64,000 nt of DNA, taken from NCBI GenBank assembly GCA_021811585.1, contig JAJZOG010000005.1, positions 725 to 64,724 on the forward strand, in the 5' to 3' direction. Positions 9,078-17,844 of this stretch are shown here, piece after piece. Below the pieces are notes generated by a model. It saw nothing but the letters and a program-made list of their open reading frames with translations, ran no database searches and was not told where the DNA came from. The DNA comes from a bacterium. Lineage in GTDB: Bacteria; Patescibacteriota; Doudnabacteria; UBA920; VMFF01. Positions within the stretch are counted from its first letter, which is position 1; each line of letters opens with the position of its first letter. A program made the translations under genes and the position numbers.

Positions 9078-9732
9078 AAATGCGCCCGCCAAAGATGCGC
9101 CGGCGCTTAATTTGATTTTTTTGGGCGATCCGGCCTCTGGAAAAGCCACCCAATCAGCGCGCATTATGCGCAAATTTCCGATGCACAGCGTTGATTTTGG
9201 AAAATTTTTGCGCACTGCCCAGCATTCCAAGAGCAAAAATCCAGTTTACATAAAAATCAGGCAAGCCATGCGTAGAACTTATAATTTAGGCAAACCCTTT
9301 CCCACAAATTTTGCGCGGGAATATTTTAAAAAACAAATTTTTAGCGTGCCGAAAAACAGGGGGATTCTTTTTGATGGCAATCCGAAAATGCTCGGGGAAG
9401 CCAGATTGGTCCGCAAATGGATGCAAAAAAGCGGCAGGACAAAAAATTCGGTTCTGGTTTTGTATTTGCATATACCTTACGGCGAGGCCTTGAGCAGAAT
9501 TTCCAAGCGAAAAGAAAAAATAAACGGCAAATATATACGCCGCAGCGATGATGATATTGCCGCGTTGAAGAACCGCGTCGAATATTTCAGGGTGCACATC
9601 CCCGCGGTTTTGAAATTTTTAGCCGGACATTATGCCTTCAAGAAAATAAGCGGGCTCGGCAGCCGCGCCGAAGTTTACCGGAGAATAGAAAAGGAGATAA
9701 ATGAGTTTAATAAAAGACGAAAAGGAAATTAA
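9055..9732 (+). CDS. Second, divergent adenylate/NMP-kinase family paralog
   Basis: LIFLGDPASGKATQSARI P-loop. Overlaps adk by 23 nt and map by 32 nt. No zinc finger. Confidence 0.6.
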   Translation: MPKRRAIKNAPAKDAPALNLIFLGDPASGKATQSARIMRKFPMHSVDFGKFLRTAQHSKSKNPVYIKIRQAMRRTYNLGKPFPTNFAREYFKKQIFSVPKNRGILFDGNPKMLGEARLVRKWMQKSGRTKNSVLVLYLHIPYGEALSRISKRKEKINGKYIRRSDDDIAALKNRVEYFRVHIPAVLKFLAGHYAFKKISGLGSRAEVYRRIEKEINEFNKRRKGN

Positions 9733-10459
9733 TTTTCTCCGCGAAGGCGGAGCGATTTTGGCTGATATCCTCAGGCGTACCGCGGCCCTGGCGCTGGCCG
9801 GCGTGAGCACTTTCGAGCTTGATAAATTCGCTGAAAAAGAGATTTTGAAATCAGGCGGAACCCCGGCTTTCAAAAATTACGGCGACAAGAGAAACCCTTT
9901 TCCGGCGGCATTGTGCACATCCATAAATTCCGAAATTGTCCACGGCATTCCATCCAAAAAAATTATATTGCGCGAGGGTGATATCGTAAGCTTGGATATT
10001 GGCATGAAATACAAAGGCCTGTACACTGATACGGCTTTAACGGTTGGGGTCGGGAAAATTTCCGCGGAAGCGCAGCGGCTTTTACAGGTTACGGAAAAAG
10101 CGCGCGATTTGCAGGTTGCTGCGGTTTGTCCTGGCAGAACCATAGGCGATATCGGCCATGTCGCGCAGAAATATATAGAGGGGCAGGGTTTTGCGGTTGT
10201 CCGGGATTTGGTCGGCCACGGAATTGGCTACCAGCTTCATGAGGAGCCGCAAGTGCCTTCGTATGGCCAACCCGGGAGGGGCGCGGTTTTAAAAGAGCGT
10301 ATGGTTATTGCCATTGAACCCATGGTCACAGCAGGGAAATATTCTATAATTATTGAAGATGACGGCTGGACCATTTGTACTGCCGACAATTCACTTGCCG
10401 CACATTTTGAGCACACTATTATTGTTACAAAAACCGGCGCCGAAGTCCTGACAAAATAA
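9701..10459 (+). CDS. map: Methionine aminopeptidase type I
   Basis: ...DIVSLDIGMKYKGLYTDTALT...HGIGYQLHEEP... shows the MetAP metal-ligand pattern. Confidence 0.9.
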   Translation: MSLIKDEKEINFLREGGAILADILRRTAALALAGVSTFELDKFAEKEILKSGGTPAFKNYGDKRNPFPAALCTSINSEIVHGIPSKKIILREGDIVSLDIGMKYKGLYTDTALTVGVGKISAEAQRLLQVTEKARDLQVAAVCPGRTIGDIGHVAQKYIEGQGFAVVRDLVGHGIGYQLHEEPQVPSYGQPGRGAVLKERMVIAIEPMVTAGKYSIIIEDDGWTICTADNSLAAHFEHTIIVTKTGAEVLTK

Positions 10460-10655
10460 GGGTCCAACCCAATACCCCAACCTAAACCCCCAACCCAAAC
10501 CCCCAACCTAAACCCCTAATCCAAACCCCCAATCTAAGGATATTTATGCAATATATAAGGGAAACTCAATTAAAATATTATTAAAACACTTGCCTAAACA
10601 CCGCAATCGTGTCCTTAGATTGGGGTATTAGATTGGGGTATTGGGTTGGACCCGT
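10460..10655. repeat. TIR-bounded palindromic element: 21-bp perfect terminal inverted repeats enclosing (AACCYAAACCCCC)n 13-mer arrays and an AT-rich core
   Basis: GGGTCCAACCCAATACCCCAA at 10460-10480 is the exact reverse complement of TTGGGGTATTGGGTTGGACCC at 10635-10655. The left arm has 5.5 tandem 13-mers. The right arm has 2 units in the opposite orientation. Confidence 0.85.
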
Positions 10656-12443
10656 ATGAAAAAAACTAAAAATTTTAACCAATCTTGGGATCTTTCGGAG
10701 CTTTACAGTGGCGTGAATGATCCGAAGATATTTAAGGATTTGGCTGCTTTAGAAAAACGCGCGGAAAATTTCGAAAAGGAACATAAGGGCAAAGTGGCTG
10801 CCTATGGATTACCGCGGACACTCGCAGCAGTAAAAGAATTCGGCAAAATCCAGGAAAAACTACGTTTGCCCGTGGCTTTTGCTGAGCTTAGTTTTGCTGT
10901 TGACGGCGCAAATGTACAAATCAATTCCTTAAATCAAAAAGTCCAGGTGCAGTGCAGTGAAATACGCAACCATATAATCTTTTTTCCGCTTGAGCTGGGA
11001 AAGAATAAAAATCTCGCGGAGTTTGCAAAAAGCAAAAAGGCGCGGCCATTCAATATCCTTTTCAAAGATTTACTGGAAAATCGCAAATACCAGCTTTCGT
11101 TTGCCGAAGAGAAAATAATCAATATCAAAGCCACCACTTCTTCTGCCGGATGGATTCGGCTGCATGAAAAGCTGGAAAGCTCGCTGCGCATTAAATTAAA
11201 AAACAGTTTTGGAGAAATCAAGGAGCTTACTTTAGAGGAGGCCTTAAATTTTTCCCATTCGCCTAAAAGGCAGGAGCGCATTGCTGCTGCGCAGGGGATT
11301 TCGAACGCGTTGAAAGGCAATTTAGAAGTTTCTTCGCACATATATAATATGATTTTGCTCAATAAAGCTCGGGAAGATAAATTGCGCAATTGGCCATATC
11401 CCGAATCGCAGAGGCATGCCGCAAATTCTTTGAGTAAAAAGAGCGTGGATGCGCTGGCTGCTGCAACGCGGGAACATTTTGGCCTGGTTCCAAGATATTA
11501 CAAGCTCAAAAGGAAACTTTTGAAGTTAGACCGCCTTTTCGATTATGACAGGTATGCTCCGTTGCCGCAGAAGAGCGAAAGCAAATATACTTTTGAGCAG
11601 GCGGTCAAGGTTGTGCGGGCGGCATTCCACGCGTTTGATCCGGAATTCGAAAAATATTATTTGGATATTTTGGCTGCCGGGCATGTTGATGTCGTCCCGC
11701 GCAAAGGCAAACGCGCCGGCGCGTTTTGCGCTCACATGCCGCATCCGCATTTGCCGTATGTGCTTTTGAACCATGCGGGCAGCGGGAGGGATGTTGAAAC
11801 CCTTGCGCATGAGATGGGGCACGCTGTGCACGATTGTTTTGCCGAAAAGAATCCTTTTTTGGTAGCGCATCCGCCCTTGGCGCTTGCGGAAACGGCGAGC
11901 GTCTTTGGCGAGATGCTGGTATTTGAGTATTTGCTTGCGTCCGCCAAAACTAAAGCAGAACAGATTGCTTTGATTGCCGCGAAAATTGATATAATTTTTG
12001 CCACGATTCCCCGCCAAATATCCATGTTTTTTTTCGAACGCAAAGTGCATGATTTTGTCCGGCAAAACGGCGAGATCCCCGCGGAAAAAATAAATGAATT
12101 TTGGATGCAAATTCAAAGGGAAATGTTCGGCGACAGCGTGACCATCACTGAAAACTATTCTGTATGGTGGTCGTATATAATCCATTTCTTCGAGGTCCCG
12201 TTTTATACCTATGCTTATGCATTCGGAAATTTGTTGGTTTTTTCTTTATACGAACAATACAAAGAAGGCGCGCCAGGATTTGTGGAAAACTACAAAACCT
12301 TGCTTTCATTGGGCGGTGCAAAAACGCCTGCGCAGGCCTTGCAAACTTTCGGCTTTGATATAGAGAGAAAGGAATTTTGGCAAAGCGGCTTTAAAGTATT
12401 GGAAAAACTTATTGAACAGCTCGAATCCCTGTGCTATCATTAA
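10656..12443 (+). CDS. pepF: Oligoendopeptidase F (M3 family zinc metallopeptidase)
   Basis: HEMGHAVHD zinc motif. Length about 595 aa. Start moved to ATG 10656 (MKKTKNF) because the 10641 ATG lies inside the inverted repeat. Confidence 0.85.
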   Translation: MKKTKNFNQSWDLSELYSGVNDPKIFKDLAALEKRAENFEKEHKGKVAAYGLPRTLAAVKEFGKIQEKLRLPVAFAELSFAVDGANVQINSLNQKVQVQCSEIRNHIIFFPLELGKNKNLAEFAKSKKARPFNILFKDLLENRKYQLSFAEEKIINIKATTSSAGWIRLHEKLESSLRIKLKNSFGEIKELTLEEALNFSHSPKRQERIAAAQGISNALKGNLEVSSHIYNMILLNKAREDKLRNWPYPESQRHAANSLSKKSVDALAAATREHFGLVPRYYKLKRKLLKLDRLFDYDRYAPLPQKSESKYTFEQAVKVVRAAFHAFDPEFEKYYLDILAAGHVDVVPRKGKRAGAFCAHMPHPHLPYVLLNHAGSGRDVETLAHEMGHAVHDCFAEKNPFLVAHPPLALAETASVFGEMLVFEYLLASAKTKAEQIALIAAKIDIIFATIPRQISMFFFERKVHDFVRQNGEIPAEKINEFWMQIQREMFGDSVTITENYSVWWSYIIHFFEVPFYTYAYAFGNLLVFSLYEQYKEGAPGFVENYKTLLSLGGAKTPAQALQTFGFDIERKEFWQSGFKVLEKLIEQLESLCYH

Positions 12444-12446
12444 TGC

Positions 12447-13901
12447 ATGCAAGACAATAATAATCCCAACAATATCATTTCGGAAAACGCGGAAAATAAG
12501 CTTGCCGGGGAAAATCAAACGAAAGCGGAAAAGCCGCAAGCAGGGGCAGAAGCAAAAACAGAAGCAAAAATAAAAGCAACAGCAGCGGAAACGCCGGAAA
12601 CAAAAACAGAAGCAGAAAAAGCAACAGCACCGGGAAAATCGAAACAGGCAGAAACGCCCACCAAAACCCAGATTCAAACGCCCCCACAAACTCAGGCCCA
12701 AACCCAAATTATGAAGCTTGGGCGCGGATTAGTTTTCAGCATTTTGATTCTTAGCATTTTGGCCGGAGCGGTTGCCGGGTTTGCCGGAGGATTTGTGTTT
12801 GCGGGCGGAATGTTTGCCGCCAAGGGCGCGCCGGCAAAAACCGTCAGTGTCCAAGAGGATTCGGATATTATAAATGTTGTAAAAAAAGCCAGCCCAGCGG
12901 TTGTCTCCATAATTATTTCCAAGGATCTGCAACAAGCCAACAATTCCGACCCGTTTTCAAACCCGTTTTTCTTTGACCCGTTTTTTCAAAACAGGCAGCA
13001 GCAGCAAGGTTCCAACGCCCAGCCAACTTATCAGGAAGTAGGCGCTGGCAGCGGATTTTTTATCACTGCAAGCGGCTTGATCTTAACCAACAAGCATGTT
13101 GTTGCGGATACGCAGGCAAAATATACAGTAATCACCAGCGACGGGAAAGAATATGATGCCAGCGTTGTTGCGCGCGATCCTATAAACGATTTGGCTTTGG
13201 TGAAAATCAATATTCAAAACGCGCCGGTTTTGCAGCTCGCGGATTCTTCAAATTTGCAAATTGGCCAGCGCGTGATTGCGATTGGTGATTCCCTTGGCGA
13301 GTACAGTAACACGGTGACAACGGGAATTGTTTCCGGAATCGGCAGAAACGTTACGGCGGGCGGCGAAGGCACGTCCGAACAGCTTGAAGGCGTTATTCAA
13401 ACAGACGCGGCGATTAATCCGGGGAATTCCGGCGGCCCGCTTCTGGATATCCAAGGCCAGGTTATAGGAGTGAATACCGCAATAGACGAGCAGGGCCAGC
13501 TGGTGGGCTTTGCGATTCCCTCCAATGATGCGGCAAAAGACGTGCAAAGTTATGACAGTTACGGAGAGATAATAAAACCTTTCTTGGGAGTGCGCTACGT
13601 TATGATTACGCCGGACATTCAAAAGCAGCAAAATTTGCCGGTTGGCAACGGCGCCTGGATTACTTCCAATTACGGCATTAATTCTTCTTCCGAGCCGGCG
13701 GTTGTTCCCGGGAGCGCTGCCGACAAAGCAGGGCTCAAAGACGGCGATATCATAATTTCCGTAAACGGCGCCAAAATAGATGCGCGCAATACATTAACCG
13801 AGGTTTTGAAGAATTTTAATCCGGGGGAGACTATACATATGAGCGTGCTGCGCGGCGGGAAAGCCATGGATGTTGCCGTGACGCTCGGAGAGAAGAAATG
13901 A
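12447..13901 (+). CDS. HtrA/DegP-family serine protease with an N-terminal Lys/Ala/Glu/Thr-rich low-complexity region, one TM and a C-terminal PDZ
   Basis: Trypsin-like core ...GNSGGPLLDIQGQVIGVNTA... and HVV...D catalytic context. PDZ ...GDIIISVNGAKI.... Confidence 0.85.
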   Translation: MQDNNNPNNIISENAENKLAGENQTKAEKPQAGAEAKTEAKIKATAAETPETKTEAEKATAPGKSKQAETPTKTQIQTPPQTQAQTQIMKLGRGLVFSILILSILAGAVAGFAGGFVFAGGMFAAKGAPAKTVSVQEDSDIINVVKKASPAVVSIIISKDLQQANNSDPFSNPFFFDPFFQNRQQQQGSNAQPTYQEVGAGSGFFITASGLILTNKHVVADTQAKYTVITSDGKEYDASVVARDPINDLALVKINIQNAPVLQLADSSNLQIGQRVIAIGDSLGEYSNTVTTGIVSGIGRNVTAGGEGTSEQLEGVIQTDAAINPGNSGGPLLDIQGQVIGVNTAIDEQGQLVGFAIPSNDAAKDVQSYDSYGEIIKPFLGVRYVMITPDIQKQQNLPVGNGAWITSNYGINSSSEPAVVPGSAADKAGLKDGDIIISVNGAKIDARNTLTEVLKNFNPGETIHMSVLRGGKAMDVAVTLGEKK

Positions 13902-14311
13902 AAAGCGTCCTGGCAATTGATTACGGCGAAAAGAGAATGGGTCTTGCTGCGAGCGATTTGGAAAGGAAATTCTCATTTGAGATCGGGACTTGGCTAAATG
14001 ACAAAAATTTTTTCGCAAAACTTCGGGATTTGGCGCGGGAACGGGAAGCGGATACAATAGTATTGGGGTTCCCTTTGAATTTAAGCGGGCAGGAAACCAG
14101 GAAAAGTGGCGAGGTTTTGGAGTTCAGAAGCCGCTTGGAGCGCGAATTTCCGGAAATGAAAATCGAGCTTGCCGACGAGCGCTTAAGTTCAAAAATGGCT
14201 GAAAAGATTTCGGGACGAAACAAAAACATAGACGGCCTTGCGGCGCAAATTTTTTTGGAAGCATATTTGAAACGCAACAGGCAGGAACCCGAAGCCGCGG
14301 ATTTAAAATAA
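13898..14311 (+). CDS. ruvX: Putative pre-16S rRNA nuclease / Holliday-junction resolvase-like YqgF
   Basis: MKSVLAIDYGEKRMGLAASD; 137 aa. Confidence 0.8.
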   Translation: MKSVLAIDYGEKRMGLAASDLERKFSFEIGTWLNDKNFFAKLRDLAREREADTIVLGFPLNLSGQETRKSGEVLEFRSRLEREFPEMKIELADERLSSKMAEKISGRNKNIDGLAAQIFLEAYLKRNRQEPEAADLK

Positions 14312-14339
14312 AATAATTAATTAATAATTAAAAACAAAA

Positions 14340-14852
14340 ATGAAGAAAAAAAGGAATAAAGTGATTTTTAAAAACAGGTATTTTGCCTGGTTTTTTGCCG
14401 TTGCCATTATTGCCGGCATTGCCCTGATTTTTTACATAGCCATATCAAATCAAAACCTGGATGCCCAGTTTGTTTTTCCCTCGCTGAAGCGGGAAAAAAT
14501 TTACGTTGACAAGCAGGACGGATTCCTTCAGCGCTATCCCGCAAACTGGCAGCTGGAAAGGGATAACAGCGGCGCGACAACATTTGAAAATCCTTCGGAT
14601 TCTTCGGAATCGATCTCCATTGAGAGCGCAACCGCGAATACGCAAAAAGAAATTAAAAGCGCTTTCAATATAGTTAAGGAAACCGATTTTACCCGCAGCG
14701 GCGATTCTTATTCCATTTTCCTGGGGCAAGAACCGCATTCCGCCGATTATATCAATGCGGCTGTCGTAAAATCCGCATCCGGAAAATATTTTTACCTCTC
14801 AGGCCATTCCGCGGAGTTTAATTCCTTTGTCTTGAATTTTAATCCGTTTTAA
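14340..14852 (+). CDS. Hypothetical membrane-anchored protein
   Basis: N-terminal TM (FAWFFAVAIIAGIALIFYIAI). No recognisable motif. Confidence 0.5.
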   Translation: MKKKRNKVIFKNRYFAWFFAVAIIAGIALIFYIAISNQNLDAQFVFPSLKREKIYVDKQDGFLQRYPANWQLERDNSGATTFENPSDSSESISIESATANTQKEIKSAFNIVKETDFTRSGDSYSIFLGQEPHSADYINAAVVKSASGKYFYLSGHSAEFNSFVLNFNPF

Positions 14853-14855
14853 TTC

Positions 14856-15845
14856 ATGTCCCAGTTCAGGCAAAATCCGATTACCAAGCACTGGGTGCTC
14901 ATAGCGCCGAACCGCGCCAAGCGCCCGGAACAATTTAATACCAGCGCCGTGATGTCAAAAGGCCTGGCCGAAGTTGTGCCTGCTTGCATTTTTTGCCCTG
15001 GCAATGAATCCAAAAATGTGGAAATTGCGCGTTTTCCGCAGGGAAAAAATTGGCAAATTCGGATAATAGAAAATAAATTCGAGGCGCTTTCGCATGTGCC
15101 GCTTTCCCGCCGCGCTGACGAGCTTTATGTCAACCGTTCCGGAGACGGCGAACACGAGGTTATCATTACCAGAAAGCACAACGAGCCGGTTGCCTTGCAA
15201 TCAACCGAAACAGTCAAGGCGACTTTGCAGGTTTTCAAGCAGCGCATTATAGATTTGTCCAAGCGCTCGGACATCGCTTATATCCAAATTTTTCACAACC
15301 ACGGCCGAGATGCCGGCGCTTCGCTGATCCATCCGCATTATCAGATTTTGGCAACGCCGATAGTTCCGCAGACGCTGCATGATGAAATGCTCGGCTGCTA
15401 CCATTATTATCGGGCAAGCGGCTCCTGCATTTATTGCGATATTATCAAAGAAGAAATCGCGCAAAAAGAACGCGTTATCATCAACGGTGAGAATTTTTTG
15501 GTCATTGCCCCTTATGCTTCGCGCAGCCCTTTTGAATCCTGGATTCTCCCCAAAAAGCACCTTTCCAGGTTTGAGGACATCGGCGCCGAGCAAATCCAGG
15601 AATTGGCATATATTTTGAAGGTTGTTTTGGGCCAGCTCTACTTGAAGCTTTCCGATCCGCCGCTCAATTTTTATTTGCACACCATGCCGCCGGCGCGCAG
15701 CAAACACTTGGCATATGAGGAGCAGTCCTACCACTGGCATATCACTGTTTTTCCGCGAATTACAATTTGGGCCGGCTTTGAATATGCCACAGGAATTCCA
15801 ATTAACCCCATGCCTCCGGAAACAGCCGCGGGCTTTCTAAAATAA
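14856..15845 (+). CDS. galT: Galactose-1-phosphate uridylyltransferase-like (HIT superfamily branch)
   Basis: CIFCPGNE zinc site and HPHYQI (HxHxQ) active-site motif. Confidence 0.75.
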   Translation: MSQFRQNPITKHWVLIAPNRAKRPEQFNTSAVMSKGLAEVVPACIFCPGNESKNVEIARFPQGKNWQIRIIENKFEALSHVPLSRRADELYVNRSGDGEHEVIITRKHNEPVALQSTETVKATLQVFKQRIIDLSKRSDIAYIQIFHNHGRDAGASLIHPHYQILATPIVPQTLHDEMLGCYHYYRASGSCIYCDIIKEEIAQKERVIINGENFLVIAPYASRSPFESWILPKKHLSRFEDIGAEQIQELAYILKVVLGQLYLKLSDPPLNFYLHTMPPARSKHLAYEEQSYHWHITVFPRITIWAGFEYATGIPINPMPPETAAGFLK

Positions 15846-15868
15846 ATCTTATTTCCTAAAATAAATTC

Positions 15869-16564
15869 ATGAAGTATTTGGTTGCCAATTGGAAAATGAA
15901 TCCGGGTAGCGCAAAGGCCGCGCGGGCTTTGGCTGCGGCCGAAGCCGCCGCTTCGGGTAAAAAATCAAAAATCATAATTTGCCCGCCGTTTGTTTATATT
16001 CCCGAGCTTGCAGCGGCAAAGCACAAATTTGATTTGGGCTCGCAGGATATTTTTTGGGAAGATGGCGGCGCGCACACAGGGCAAATTTCCGGCCCAATGC
16101 TCAAGGCATATAATGTGAAATACGCCATAATCGGGCATTCGGAAAAGCGCGCCTTGGGCGAAACGGACGAACAAATTTCCCGCAAAGTGCAGGCAGCACT
16201 CGACAATAAAATTACTCCTCTTTTGTGCACGGGTTTTGGGGCGGAAAAAGGCATGGCAGAAGAAGATGTGCTCGCGCACATTCAGCGCCAATTGTCCGCG
16301 GATTTGCGCGGCGCCGATTGCGCCAGGGTCTTTGTTGCCTACGAGCCGGTTTGGGCAATCGGCACCGGCAAGCCGGCAACGCCCGAACACGCCGAGCGCG
16401 TTTGCATGTTTATAAAGATAAAATTTGGCGTCAAAAAAATCCTTTATGGAGGCAGTACGAATTCGGCCAATGCCGCGCAGTTCCTTTTCAAGGAAATTGA
16501 CGGTTTGCTTGTCGGCGGCGCGAGCTTGGATAAAAATGAATTTGTTAAAATGTCTTTAATTTAA
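15869..16564 (+). CDS. tpiA: Triosephosphate isomerase
   Basis: MKYLVANWKMN, IIGHSEKR, YEPVWAIGTG. Confidence 0.95.
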   Translation: MKYLVANWKMNPGSAKAARALAAAEAAASGKKSKIIICPPFVYIPELAAAKHKFDLGSQDIFWEDGGAHTGQISGPMLKAYNVKYAIIGHSEKRALGETDEQISRKVQAALDNKITPLLCTGFGAEKGMAEEDVLAHIQRQLSADLRGADCARVFVAYEPVWAIGTGKPATPEHAERVCMFIKIKFGVKKILYGGSTNSANAAQFLFKEIDGLLVGGASLDKNEFVKMSLI

Positions 16565-16568
16565 TTTT

Positions 16569-17153
16569 ATGATATATATTGCATCCGACCACGGCGGTTT
16601 TGAATTAAAAGAGCGTCTTGTGGCGCATCTGCAGGGCGCGGGATTGGAATTTGAGGACCTTGGCCCAAAGACGTATAATCTCGCAGACGATTATCCGAAA
16701 TTTGCTGCAAAAGTAGCGGAAAAAATTTCGCAAGCCGCAGGAAACAGGGCGGGCTCGGCAGCCGTCGACGGCACAGAGGCCGGCGTAAAATTTGCCGGTG
16801 CTGATGTTGGTGTTGGCGATGGCGATGGCGCCAATGGCGGTGCCGTCGTTGGCGCCGATGTGGACGCCGATGTTGGCGCGAATGCGGCAAAAGGAATTTT
16901 ATTGTGCCGAAGCGGCCAGGGAATGTGCATTTCGGCAAATAAATTTAAAGGGGTGCGCGCGGGCGTCTGCTGGAATGCGGAAGTCGCGGCTGCGGCAAAG
17001 CGCGACGACGATGTCAATGTTTTGTGCCTTCCTTCAGAGTATGTTTCGCCGGAAGAAGCCGTGCGAATTTTCGATGCTTGGAACAGCGCGCAATTTTCGC
17101 CTGAGCCGCGCTTTTCGCGGCGCCTGGAAGAAATAAGCGAATTGGAGAAATAA
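16569..17153 (+). CDS. rpiB: Ribose-5-phosphate isomerase B with a roughly 48-aa Gly/Ala/Asp/Val low-complexity insertion
   Basis: MIYIASDHGGFELKE...DDYPKFAAKVAEKI...[insert]...KGILLCRSGQGMCISANKFKGVRAGVC. Insert DNA at 16741-16900 is about 65% GC versus about 45% in the flanks. Confidence 0.8.
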   Translation: MIYIASDHGGFELKERLVAHLQGAGLEFEDLGPKTYNLADDYPKFAAKVAEKISQAAGNRAGSAAVDGTEAGVKFAGADVGVGDGDGANGGAVVGADVDADVGANAAKGILLCRSGQGMCISANKFKGVRAGVCWNAEVAAAAKRDDDVNVLCLPSEYVSPEEAVRIFDAWNSAQFSPEPRFSRRLEEISELEK

Positions 17154-17154
17154 C

Positions 17155-17844
17155 TTGCCGGCAATAATACCTTCAATTTTAGAAGAGGGAATCGATGCCT
17201 TTAAGGCAAAGTCGGTTGCCATTGAGAAAATCCCGCAGGTTACGGATATACAGGCGGATTTTTCGGATGGAATTTTTACTCCGCACAAAACCGTTTTGCC
17301 CGGCGATCTTGATGTTTTAAATCCGGCTTTTTCATGGGAGGCGCATTTAATGGTTCAAAATCCGAAAACGTTTTTTTTCGATTGCTGCCTCGCTGGTTTT
17401 AAAAAAATAATTTTTCATTTTGAATCAGTGCCAAGCGGGGAAATAAAATCCGCTTGCGCAACAGTGCGGGACTTGAGGATGTCTTGCGCCTTGGCTGTTT
17501 TGCCGGAAACGCCTCTTGAAGAAATTTTTCCCTTTGTTGAAAATTTTGACGGCGTTTTATTGCTTTCCGTGCAGCCGGGATACCAGGGCGGCCAGTTTTT
17601 GGAAGAAACCTATGGACGGCTTGAGAAACTAAAAAGCCATTTAAAAAATATCAAAAAAGATGTTAAGATAGAGATAGACGGCGGCATCAAGCCGAAAAAT
17701 GCCGGAAAATTGCTGGAACATGGGGCGGATTTTTTGGTCATTGGCTCTGGTTTGTTTGAAAAAGGCGAAGACGGCTCGGTTGAGCCGGAAAAGAACTTCG
17801 AAAAATTCCAGAGAGCGCTGCGCGCGCCCCAGGAGCAAAAATGA
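17155..17844 (+). CDS. rpe: Ribulose-phosphate 3-epimerase family protein
   Basis: PSILEEG...IQADFSDGIFTPHKT...EAHLMVQNP...IDGGI match the Rpe barrel motifs, diverged. Confidence 0.65.
   Translation: MPAIIPSILEEGIDAFKAKSVAIEKIPQVTDIQADFSDGIFTPHKTVLPGDLDVLNPAFSWEAHLMVQNPKTFFFDCCLAGFKKIIFHFESVPSGEIKSACATVRDLRMSCALAVLPETPLEEIFPFVENFDGVLLLSVQPGYQGGQFLEETYGRLEKLKSHLKNIKKDVKIEIDGGIKPKNAGKLLEHGADFLVIGSGLFEKGEDGSVEPEKNFEKFQRALRAPQEQK

Noticed and set aside
10480-10540. Tetrahymena-like telomeric CCCCAA repeats
   Set aside because: The similarity is to a 6-mer only. The real unit here is a 13-mer (AACCYAAACCCCC) inside a bacterial TIR-bounded element, so this is a coincidence.
12306-12707. Minus-strand ORF rich in Cys/Phe (CFCFCF...) and the 12475-12687 Leu/Phe-rich ORF
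   Set aside because: These are mirror-strand artefacts of the Lys/Ala/Glu/Thr-rich low-complexity N-terminus of the HtrA-like gene, whose DNA is an imperfect AAAACAGAAGCA repeat.
16567-16938. Minus-strand His/Arg-rich ORF (RHRHWRHRHRQHQHQHRQ) and plus-strand ORF 16792-17136
   Set aside because: These are opposite-strand and alternate-frame products of the GC-rich repetitive insertion inside rpiB. rpiB is supported by conserved N- and C-terminal motifs in one continuous frame.
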